From: the human T2T-CHM13v2.0 reference genome, Homo sapiens
Strand: one strand, 5' to 3'
NCBI RefSeq assembly: GCF_009914755.1
Contig: NC_060926.1
DNA: 64,000 nt
Positions within the stretch are counted from its first letter, which is position 1. The number at the start of each line of letters is the position of its first letter. A program made the position numbers and the translations under genes. Of the stretch, positions 28,405 to 40,089 are shown one piece after another. The notes beneath the pieces are model-generated. The model was given only the letters and a program-made list of their open reading frames with translations, was not told the origin of the DNA and did no database searches.

Positions 28405-28986
28405 CAGTGGTGAGAGGCAGCAGGTGGTATTTTCCAACATGGCGCACAATGGTTCTCACCACACATCCTCTTCTGCTGAGTGACATTGCCACTTTCCAAT
28501 CAGGAGGTAGAGTCCTTTTCTCCCCTCTCTTACACATGGGCAGGCCTGTGGCTGCTCTGACCAATAGAGCAGGGTAGACCATCATGCCAGGTCCAGGAAG
28601 GCCCTCGCCTGGTCCAGTAGCTACTACTTCCTGCCTCTTGGAAGACAGCTACTGTGTTGGAACTGAGGCTATCCAAAAACCACCATGCTGGGAGAAGCCT
28701 ACACCACATGGAGATGCCCTGAAGCATGAGACACCGAGGTGAGCGGCAGAGGAGGGGAAATAGATCAAACAGTACCAGGGCACCAGCTGTAGGAAGGAGG
28801 AAGTCATCAAAGTCATATATCCACAGTTTCAGGCACTCCTGCTGGTGTCTCATGCACCAGAGACAAATTCCTCAACAGAGCCCTTTCCGAATGTCCAACC
28901 CATAAAATTGTGAGCAAAATAAAATGGCAGTTTCAGACAACTAAGTTTTGGGGTAATTTGTTACACAGAAATAGACACCAAAAACA
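28405..28986 (+). mobile_element. MLT1G/H-like MaLR solo LTR
   Basis: gtggctgctctgaccaatagag core and tgtgagcaaaataaaatgg...ctaagttttggggtaatttgttacacag 3' end. Confidence 0.7.
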
Positions 28987-29604
28987 CGGGAACACGGTAG
29001 TAACAACTAAGTGTTGCAGAGAGGCCATTTTCAACTGATTTTGAACGACTGGGCCTTTTGTCCAAAAGATATCTTATAAGAACCCCAAAATATTCAACAG
29101 AAATAACCAGAGCTGCTCTGACGCGGTGGACAAGGGTGTCCAGAATGTCAAGGAGCTCTGTGGTGGAATGCAGGATGATCCTAGGGCCAGTGCACTGACC
29201 ATGGTAACGCTACAGAGAGGACCTGCAATCCTCACCCAAGAAGTCATCACTGCAACCCAGCTTCCTGAGGCAGTGTCTAAATGTAAGTCAACAGCTCGTA
29301 ATCTTACCCTCTGCAGCCAGAGGGAACCTAGTTCTAACATCAAGAGTTGGAACCCCGGACATCAAAAAGGTACTACCCCTGGTCTAGCCTCTTCTTTGTC
29401 TCAGGATCTGACCACTGACGTTTCCATCTTGCAGTGTGACTGCTTCCCCTAACATATTTTCACCCTAATCTTAACATGTGTTTAAAAATACCAACACCCC
29501 CTCACCCTGCTCCTTCCTCTTTTCTTCTTCTCTCCACTCACTGTTTTTTGCTCTCAGGGAAAGGAGCAAGAAAAAGAAATGGGACAGTGTTTTGCCTGGT
29601 GGTT

Positions 29605-29790
29605 GGCTGATTAGACTCTGAATCTCAGCTCTGTAGATTGCCATACCAAATTTGCCAATTTAGTAACTGTGCCTCTGTTTTCCAAGCTGCAAATTGGCTG
29701 CAATCATCATACAAACCCTGCTCATTGAATTGTAAGACTGAAATGAATTCATATGTGATAGTCAGCACTCAATAAATGTTAGGTCATCAT
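29605..29790 (+). mobile_element. MIR SINE
   Basis: ctgaatctcagctctg...ctgtgcctctgttttcc...cagcactcaataaatgttag. Confidence 0.55.
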
Positions 29791-30726
29791 TATTTTTCTA
29801 ACTAAACCTTAATGCTTTCCAATATTCTAGTAAGGAGGAATTTATAGATAATGCCTGAGATGCACCATAAAGAACAAAACTCTTACATATGATTAGACTT
29901 ATATAGGTCTCTTTACATTTTACTAAGGAGGACTTACTTAGGTGGCTCAACAGCACTGTAGTCACTATGTGGAGACCTCATTGGGCAGAAATGGTAACGA
30001 GAGCTTTCTGAATTGTTGCCCCCATTTGAATCAGCCAAGTTAGCAACTCCAGGGTGCCAGTTTGAGTGAGTCAGCCCTTAAAAGACCCTTGAGCAATACA
30101 TGGAGTCAAGTGTCTCAGACAGGCAGTCAGCTGTGGGGCTTCCAGTCATCCCAAAATGAAAATGTTCTTATTACGAAGACTTGGAAAATGGCAAACAAAA
30201 GAAATCACAATTTTGATTCATTTACCCTGTATCAAAGCATTCACGTTTGAAAAGTCTTCGCTGGGCATTCTGGGACAGCACCCAGAAATGCAGTGAGGTG
30301 GCATTCTGAATATTTGTCCCTCTGTGACCGCATCTGTAGGTGACTTTATCTTTGATAGATGGATCTTTAAAACAACATTTATTGTGGTTGCTTCTTGATC
30401 ATATGCAGTAACTTGGGCATTTTCAGAAAGGGTGACCAAGAAGCATCCAACACAATATTAGAAGGTTATTATGACTGGCAGAAAATATGTCTCAAATTAG
30501 GAGCACACAGAATGTGTGCCTCTTTTAGCAATCTCATCTATAGGCACAATCTATTATCCCTAATCATTTTCCAATGTTTTTGTTGGCAGTTTATCTATCT
30601 TCTATTTTAATGGATAATTACATAAAAAGCATGTTAAGCTTCAGCAGAATTTATTCATTCATTCAACACCAACTATAAAAAGAGACCCTAGAAGTGTTAT
30701 AGACTCACAAAAAATAAAACCTTCTG

Positions 30727-31076
<350 letters not shown>

Positions 31077-31164
31077 TTAAAATATGTCTCATTTACCCAT
31101 GGCACAGGGATCGCAAGCTAATATATATATTTGGACAGAGGCTTTTTATTGACAGCATCTCATT

Positions 31165-31728
31165 TTCTTTTTTAAAAGAAAAATCAACTTTTTAGATTCA
31201 GAGGGTACATGTGCAGGTTTGTTACAAGGACATATGCGATGCTGAGGTTTGGGGTATGATTGATCCCATCACCCAGGTAGTGAGCATAGTATCCACTAGG
31301 TCATTTTTCAACCCTTGCCCCCCTTCCTGCCTCCCCACTCTTGTAGTCCCCAATGTCTATTTTTACATCTTTATGTCCACTGTACCCAGTATTTAGCTCC
31401 CACTTATAAGTGAGAACATGTGGCATTTGGTTTTTTGTTCCTGTGTCAATTCACTTAAGATAATGGCCTCCAGCTGCATCCATGTTGCTGGAAAGGACAT
31501 GATTTCATTCTTTTTTATGCTGTGTAGTATTCCATGGTGTATGTGTACCATATTTTCTTTATCCAATCCACCACTGATGGGCACCTGGGTTGATTGCATG
31601 TCTTTGCTATCACGAATAGCACTGTGACAAACATGAGTATATGTGTCTTTTTGGTAGAATAATTTATTTTCCTTTGGGTATACACCCAGTAATGGGCTTG
31701 CTGAGTCAAATGGTAGTTCCACTTTTAG
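31165..31728 (-). mobile_element. Older L1PA (about PA13-PA16) 3' end
   Basis: gggtacatgtgcaggtttgttac...gatgctgaggtttggggtatgattgatccc; ORF 31393-31737 resembles the L1 ORF2 C-terminus (NEIMSFPATWMQLEAIILSELTQEQK). Confidence 0.9.
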
Positions 31729-32339
31729 GGAAAGCACCTTATTTTATTTTCATACCTGCAGGGAAAAAAAAAACATTTAAAGACATTGGCTGGCCTGGAA
31801 AAGACCAGCTAACTTACGCATGGGGCTTGCCCCAGGTGCAATGTTTGTGGCTACAAGTGTTTCCTGATCATTTTCCTGTACCCCAGTGATTTCTTGGAGC
31901 AGAGGTTTCTTTGAAAGCCATCATAGAGTCCCTAGAAGAACTCTCTTCTACTCTGAGCTCCCCTCCAGCTTCTTCTTAAAATATAGAAAGAAGATGTCTG
32001 GAGGAAGACACTTCACATTGCTGATGGAGCTTTCTTGGGGAGTAGAATTAGATCAGAAGAAAGAAAATGGAAGACTTCTTACTTTATGTACTCCTGCATA
32101 CTGAGCATTATTATTTTCATAATTTAAAAAATATATATTTTAAGGATTACTGAAACTTTCAGGGCTCTGATTTTCTCACCTGAAAAGTGACAACCCCAGA
32201 CCATGAACTAAATGATATGAAGATAACACTTCCAGTTCTTAAATTCTGCACCAGAAATGCCTGCTGCACAGCCAGTCACCAGTGCTTCCATCTCCACATC
32301 TTCACGAAAGAGCAAAAGAAAAGACATGGAAGTAACTTA

Positions 32340-32470
32340 ATTGCTCAGTGCCTCAGTTTCCTCATCTGCAAAATGGAAATCATAACAGCATCTGCCTCAT
32401 AGGGTTGTCTTAAGAATTAAACGAGCTAACAAAAGTAACTGGCACACGGAGCTCAAATGTCAGCGAGAAT
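32340..32470 (+). mobile_element. MIR SINE
   Basis: cagtgcctcagtttcctcatctgcaaaatggaaatcataacag...ctcatagggttgt core. Confidence 0.8.
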
Positions 32471-33139
32471 TATTTCCATTATGGTCACTCTTATTACTAA
32501 TTCTATATCAACCAATAAAATATTCCTGCCAGTATTTTTCCTAACCCAATAAACTCTGCACTACAGAACTTTTAGAGCTAATATAAAGTACTCTTGTCAA
32601 AATATAGCGCTGTGAATGTCTCTTTAATTAAAACTTCAGCAGCAAAGGCAGTGCCATTGAACAGAAGATACCACTTTTAGCTGATAAGGATGAGAAGTCA
32701 AACATTGTATCACTTCAATACCAGCCAAAATATTATTAAAGAAAGCATTCCAATATCCTAAGGATTCTGGAAACACTGCTTCTAAGAAGCCTGCAAATTC
32801 AAAGTTACTCATGTTTTTAATTAACATATTACAAAACATTGAGTAGGAGACTCTGACACATTCAATCTAAAGCTAAATAAACACTAACTATAATATAGCG
32901 CTTGCATACTAAGAAACTCAGCAGCTCACAAAGCACATCTTTGTGACTAAATGGAGCATCTTAAGAACTCAATTTCACAAACATTTACTAAGGCTTGTCT
33001 CCTTAATAAAGCACTAACTGGTACACAAATATCTATGCTTCCAAAATCAAGATGCAGATTTCATTCATTTACAATCAAAGTTCAGGCAGGAATTTTTGTG
33101 CAGGATGGGAGGCTGGAGCAACTCACCAAATAATTATAA

Positions 33140-34010
33140 ATGTCATGTACCAAGGAGAGGATAAGAACATAAAGAAAGTTCTGAAAGAATTACAAAGCAG
33201 TACTATTTAGACTGCAGTGTTAACATAGGTAGTCCAGATCACAAAAATATAAATATCAGCCCAGAGATGATATTAATTAGTAAACAAACTAGTATTTGCC
33301 ACAAAGTGTTAACATTTTTCTCAACTAAAACAATAAGAAAATATTAGGCCCAAATCTTCAAAGGATCTAAAAAGATAATTCACAAAATAAAAGCTCTAGA
33401 GTGAGCAAACATGGGGAAAAGCTCAAGTTTACCAGTAACTAAAAATGCAAACTGAAAAAAGATAGCCGCTTTCCCTACTAAATTAGCAAGAATAAATTAA
33501 TGAATAATTATTATTGTATCAAATGTCAGCAACTGTTCTGTAAAACTGATCTCAACATTACCTATGATGTTGTAAATTGGTACCCTTCTTTAGGAAACCT
33601 ATGAGACAATAAGTAAATAAGTGACATAAGTAATCTTTAATTTCATAAGAGAAAATCTATAAGTTCAAAGCTGAATGTCAAAAAATGTCTTAATGGTAAA
33701 TTTCAGGACAACTGAATGTATGACACTAGATAATGGTTGAGCCAGTTCTGGTACAATGACCACGTGGAGTATGGCAACTGTTAAAAAACAGAAGCCCCCT
33801 CTAAAACAATACAGAAAATGTAAATAATGGTGTGTTAAGGAAAGAAGCAGGATATAAAATCATTCACCTATCACACTTACAACTTTGTTAAATATTTTGA
33901 ATATCTCTAGGGAATAAACAAAAATTATTGGAGTTATATTTGGGTCATGGATATTTTTCTCTTTCTTGCTAAACATAATGGTGTTATGCCACCTTATTTT
34001 TAAAAATAAA
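33140..34010 (+). mobile_element. Highly degenerate L1ME-like fragments
   Basis: aaaatgcaaactgaaa...aaattagcaag...gtaaattggtac...A-rich 3' end features. Confidence 0.45.
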
Positions 34011-34777
34011 AAATACATTGTGGGAACTAAACAACTAAGATAGTAGAATTTCTTTAGAAAATCTAAAATGAATCCAAAGTAATATAAACAATGATTTAAG
34101 ATTTTAGCAGACAAAAAATTAAATCCCAAGTATGAAAGGTGAAACAAAGCCACAATGTGAAATCTAGTCAGGCAGGCTGGAACAGAAAGCATAGCTCCTT
34201 GCAAGCCTGGGTGAGCATGCCTGTCCAGCAGCAGCCCATTCAGGGCCTGTTCCCAAGAGCTGGGACATAGTGGACAGCAGGCGCCCAAACCACCCTGTTT
34301 CCCGGCACCACTGGGTAAGAGCATCCACATCCAAGAGAGGTGCGCTCCAGCCAGAAGTACATAGAGCAGCGTCTCTGGGCAAGGCGTCCTCCCTCTAGAC
34401 TCCTTCTCTGAAGGTTCTTAACGCAGGTCACAGAAGCACTATTTTATTCATGCACCTTACAGACAGCCTGAAGCCAAGCACATAGGCAACTGGCTTAGAA
34501 AATAGGATACCAGAATATTTATCCAAGTAAAAACACTGTGAAGACTGAGTTTAAGTAGTAAATTATGTAGGCTGGCACCCAGCAGGCTGTGACTTTGTCC
34601 TCTCCTAAGGGACAATGACACCCATGCACAGCCTATGGAAATGAGAAAGAAGGCAGCTTAAGGAGGCAGAAGATGAAATTAAATGTAGACCATGGTTGTA
34701 ACTTTCGTTAAAAATATTGAACAAATATGCATATAGAATAAGCAAAAAAATTATAATAGCTATGTCTGAGTTATGGA

Positions 34778-34832
34778 CTTTTTCCTTCTTTCCTTCCTTC
34801 CTTCCTTCCTTCCTTCTTTCCTTCATTCCTTT
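34778..34832. repeat. (TTCC)n microsatellite
   Basis: Seen directly. Confidence 0.9.
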
Positions 34833-35896
34833 CTCCAAGCTTTCTCTGAAATATTATCTCATTCTGTGAGGAGGAAATTGAGAGGCAGTGGGTGAAATAT
34901 CCCAATAAATTCCACTGTACTCTCGCCACACTACTGCAGCATTTCTCACTTAACAAATTTGAGGAAATGATTTTTCTCATGCAGTTACATTGTATTGGGA
35001 ATAATTCTGAAAATGGTATAATTTTACTTCTGAATTCTAGAAACATATACTCAAAAAAGAGAAAAACAAAAGCATTACATTTTGTAAGGATGTAATTACA
35101 TCCGGAATTTGCTTTTGGAGCTATTTTGAACTTATAATGTAAGGCTCAAGGAGAAACCACTTTTTCTTAAAAAAAATAGATTGGCATTTAGTGCCATTTC
35201 ACAGTCTGGGCAGAATTGGGAACTGGGGAATTGCCCGTCTTTTCTGCTCTGGTGGCTTTACAAGGCTGCCGGCCCAAAGGAGTCTGTCATCACCATGGCA
35301 ACCTGGCTCAGCATCCTCTGCGAGCGGGAAGGAGGGGCTGCCTCCCTTGTCAGGTTCACAGCACCCGGCCACTTGTCCCCTTCTGGCACCTGAAATGCCC
35401 TTTCCCCCCACCAATGGAAACCCTTCAGGGCCCAACCCAAATCCTTCTTCCGCGAGGTCTTTTCCTTAACTTTTGAGAACAGCAGTGACCCTCTTCTTTG
35501 AACCACATCTAATGACAGCTTGACTGTCAGTTTTTCATCTCAAGCTCCAGTGAGGCTGGTAGCAGTGTCTGTGTTGACACAATTCCATGCAAGGTTGATA
35601 TTCAGTCCATTTGTTCAAGGCAACCATTCCAATTGTTAACACAGTGAAATACTTCCATTCTTCCATGCTGCCCTGAGCACCCCTCCCTTCCCCTCTCCCC
35701 ATGCCTGTTCCCTGGATGCTCTGGCTTTTTCCTGGGAACTCCTTCTATCTCCTCGGCAGCAACCAAGGGGTTCATGCCTAGTACAGCAGGAGACCTCCAG
35801 CCCTCTGGCCAGGGTCAGCTCTGACTGGTCAAACAATACCACATGTTAAATGTTCTGACCACGGCCCTTTCTATGGATGCACTAAGGTCCCACAGG

Positions 35897-35921
35897 AAAA
35901 AAAAAAAAAAAAAAAAAAAAA
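35897..35921. repeat. Isolated A25 homopolymer
   Basis: Seen directly; no retroelement body next to it. Confidence 0.95.
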
Positions 35922-36344
35922 CTCCCATATTGATTAGCAATGTCTACCAAGGGTACAAAGAGGAAGAGGGGCCGGCACACTGTATGATACTGATCTGATT
36001 AGATGTCTGCAGCATTTAGGCTGGCACTTCAGTATTGACACAAGTCTCAATGTCTTTATTCCTCACATGCAGGAAAGGCAACTGAAGGAGGGAAGAGGAG
36101 CATAAAGGGAAGAGGAAGTTAGCCCATAGCATAATTGGAATGGTTTTGTATTTTTTGTGAGCAGCCTGCACTGCACAATCAATTGAATCAACTGTCAGTT
36201 CAGAAGGAGCCTGATAGTGATCATTTTACTTCCTATTCACAATGTCCATAGGAGCACCATTTCCTAAATATGCTGGGAAATAATCATTATATTAATAACA
36301 ACAGCAAAAATAGTATTTTGTACAACATTTACCATGTACTGGTA

Positions 36345-36625
36345 ACAAAAGCAAAACAAATATTTTGTGTAGTGTTTGCCATGTACTGGGCACTGTTCTG
36401 TGCATGTTATAGGTATTAACTTACTTAATCCTCAAAAAAACTCTGAGGGTTATTTTATAGAAAATATTTTTATATTATATATATTTTTTATATTGTTATT
36501 TTAGTTGACGTTTTACAGAGTAAGAAACTGAGGTACAAAAAAGTTAAGTAATTTGGCCATGGTTACAAACTCAGAAAAGACAGAACCAGGATTTGAACCC
36601 AGGCCATCTTCTTCAGAGGCCACAT
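36345..36625 (-). mobile_element. MIR SINE with AT-rich interruption
   Basis: ccatgtactgggcactgttc...ttttacagagtaagaaactgaggtac...aggatttgaacccaggc. Confidence 0.75.
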
Positions 36626-37199
36626 TCTCCCGTGGCACACTGTAACTCCTCCAAGGCATTGTTTGCTGGTGCAAACCGTTTGTACCAGCATATCGTACTC
36701 AGCGTTTTCCTGACTGAAGCAAAATGAGAACAGCTTCCCAACAAACTCCTGAGCTGCCCAATGCACAGTTCTCCTCACATCCAACAGCTGGGCTCAGTCC
36801 CTCAGAATCCCTGAGTCAGAAGCACCCCTGTGCTCCCTGCCCTGGTTGCAAGCCAAGCCAGTGGCACAGAGGTGCCAAGTCATAGGGAAGATAGTGTTCA
36901 ACTGGCACAAAAAGTCCTATCTGGACCAAGGGGTGAACAGAAGGCACCCTCGAGAAGACAGGATAGATGGGGAAACAGGAAATGCTGAGGAGGGAAAGAC
37001 AGAGTGCATGAGAGAGTCCCAAATCTAGGAAGGACCTGGTGCAAGTCCTGCGTCTTACTGACTAGGTCCAGAGAGAGGATGGGGCTTGTCCAAAAGCGTA
37101 GCTCACTAACAATAAGACTTAACTAAATTTCAAGTTCCTTGAAATCATGAGACTTGAATCACAAGACTTGAAATGTCCCTAAGTCATGTTGCATCAGTA

Positions 37200-37648
37200 C
37201 AGCTAACAAGGTATGAACTTGTTCCCCCAAACCAGTTTTCCCCCTCTACTTAGGCACAGCTATAGACTACATTTACCAGACTCCTTTGCAGTTGGGTGTG
37301 GTCACATGAATGAGCTAATCAATGGAATGTAAGAGGAAGGCACAGGTACCAGATCCAGGCCTGGCCATACAAACCTCCCTGACTGGCTCCTTCTTGGTCA
37401 TTCTCCTTCCCACTGACCAGAATGAAACCCCTGTGTGATCTTGAATAAAGTTGCAGAGCTTTCTTTAATTTGATCCCTGAAATGACTGAGTGGAACTGAC
37501 ACTCTCCAAAAAATAAAAATAAAACAAAAATCAGCCATGATCACCTGGAACTGCCCTGGACTACCACTATTCAAGTGAGAAACTTCTGTGAGGAACCATT
37601 ACAGGTTTGGGTCCATCTGTTTTCTCACCCATCCCACTCTAACTAAGG
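37200..37648 (+). mobile_element. MLT1J-like MaLR solo LTR
   Basis: gactacatttaccagactcctttgcagttgggtgtggtcacatgaatgagc...caatggaatgtaagaggaag core. Confidence 0.7.
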
Positions 37649-37900
37649 AAAAGTTCCAGCTGATCTTCCCCAACCCACTCCCATCCCCTCAACACACACA
37701 CACATACTTACATCTGTCATCAATCATTTAATTCATAAAATGGTAATACAATATCTACCCAACCCCATCAGTTTAGAATTGTTGAATGGGGTATTTAAAG
37801 TTACAAAACATAACAAGCTTCCATTCATTCCATTTTGTTTGACAATTAACTATTAGTTTAGTTTGATATTAAATATGCTTTAGTCTTTACTCTTGGTCCA

Positions 37901-38310
37901 TAGTGGTGTGCTGAAGTTGGTTCATTGCCAATTGCGAGGCAATTTTCAGGAATTTTGTGAGCTGTTGTTAAGAGCAAACATTATAAATGTTAAAGTAAGC
38001 ACTTACATTAAATTATACTAAAAGCAAAGGTAATGCATACTCAAAACCCATCTCTTCCTAAATATTTTACTGCAGTTTATCATCCACACTCTTGAAATTA
38101 TTGGCATCTATTGTAGCCATAGGATGGAAATTCTATGTAATGGTGCTCTAGCGTGTATCTCTTCCCAACTCTGCATTCAGAGACATCACCTTGGTAGCTT
38201 GAAATCAGCTGTATGGGGCATATTTGCAATGTAGAAATTGGCAAAGACTACAAATCAAGTGCGTTTTTTTTCTTTTTGCTGGAGAGTCAGCTGTTAAATA
38301 TTTACCACTG
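37901..38310 (+). mobile_element. MER63-like hAT-Blackjack transposon
   Basis: tagtggtgtgctgaagttgg...ttttcaggaattttgtgagc...ctgttaaatatttaccactg. Confidence 0.7.
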
Positions 38311-38644
38311 CTCTAAGGAAAAAGCAGCCTTGAACATCATCCTCTTAATTATTTTCTACAGACATGGAGGCATTTGGCCATTTGTTAATATGGAAATACC
38401 ATCATGTTTTATTTGTACCTTTTACTTAACTTGGTTTATTTCAAAAATTACCAAGTTGCTTTAAGAAAATTATTTAATATTCCTATTACCATGGAAATAA
38501 TTGGAATAGATGCCACATAAAACATATTAGTGGAAACTTGAATTCATTATCTGTGTTCTATTCAGAGCTAATGAGGATTTTTCTTCCTTAAATTATGAAC
38601 AATCCTTTAAAACCAAAGCTAATACGAGAGAGGGAAAAAATTAC

Positions 38645-39045
38645 AGTGGTTTATATATCAATTCTTCCCCAACTGATTTATAGATTTCACGCAATCCTAG
38701 TCACAATCCTAGCAGGCTTTTTTATAGAGATTGAAAAAATATTTTATAGACAGTCTAAAATTTATGTGGAACCTCATAAAGAACTTAAAAGAACCAACCA
38801 TTTTTTAAAAGAATGAGTTAAGAGGACTTAAACTATCTAATTTCATAATTGCAGTCTAGTACAGATTACCTATAGTAATCAAAGCAGTATAGTATTCACC
38901 TAAAGGCAGACAAAATAGATCAGTAGGGAAGAGTCCAGAAATAGACACAAATGCATGATTTTCAGCAAAGGTGCCAAAGCAATTTATGGGGAAAGAATAC
39001 TCTTTTCAACAAATGGTGCGGGACAACTGAATACCCGTATGAAAA
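38645..39045 (+). mobile_element. Old L1M ORF2 fragment
   Basis: Translation ISILPQLIYRFHAILVTILAGFFIEIEK resembles L1 ORF2; gattttcagcaaaggtgccaaagcaatt...tcttttcaacaaatggtg. Confidence 0.8.
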
Positions 39046-39767
39046 ACATTCGCTTGGTGCACAAATCTCCTTTTCAACCTGCACATTTTGACATGCAGTG
39101 TGCCTGAGTGGAAGGGCAGAAAGAGAGACCTAAAAAGGGTATCTTCCCTCACTATATGAATTTAATTCCAACTAGAAGACACAGGGATATTTTCTGTTCT
39201 AATTATTTAAATAAATTGATCAAGTGCAGGACTCATTTATCTACTGGGACCTGCAAAACCTATAGCCAAAAGTCCAAAATAAAAATATTACTTAGAATTA
39301 TATCCTTTCACTACTAAGACATATAGTCATTTATTTGGGACAAACTACAAAGCAATCTACAAAACTATATCGGTAAAACCCACCTCACAGATTAAGAAAA
39401 TAAATTCCAAAGAAATTAGGTTCCTAATCCAAAAACACCAAAAGCCTCAAGGCCAGGTCTCCAGGCTTCTGCTCTGCTGCTTGAATCCAATGGGTTTCTC
39501 AATGTCTATGACCACCTGGACTCACCTGACGCAGAGCCCCTGGGGAATTCCTATAAATGTGACTCCCCAGTTTTCTGAATGGCAGTGTCTGGGAGTGAGG
39601 TTAGGTTTATACCCTGAACACTCCCTTCAGGTGATACCAACACACATCTCTATGACCATACCATGTGGACTCAAAGAAAAGCATTTAGAAACCAGACAAA
39701 GCTATGGGAAACCAGCTTTTAGAAATGAGAAAATAGGGTTTTTTCTCATAAGCACCAATTATTTTAG

Positions 39768-40089
<322 letters not shown>

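Noticed and set aside
30218-30439. 73-aa minus-strand ORF with protein-like composition
   Set aside because: No convincing flanking splice sites and no recognisable domain
31393-31737. 114-aa ORF resembling a real protein
   Set aside because: It is the degenerate C-terminus of L1 ORF2p inside a truncated L1
34268-34350. CTCF-like motifs in a GC-rich patch
   Set aside because: Several core positions mismatch the CTCF consensus
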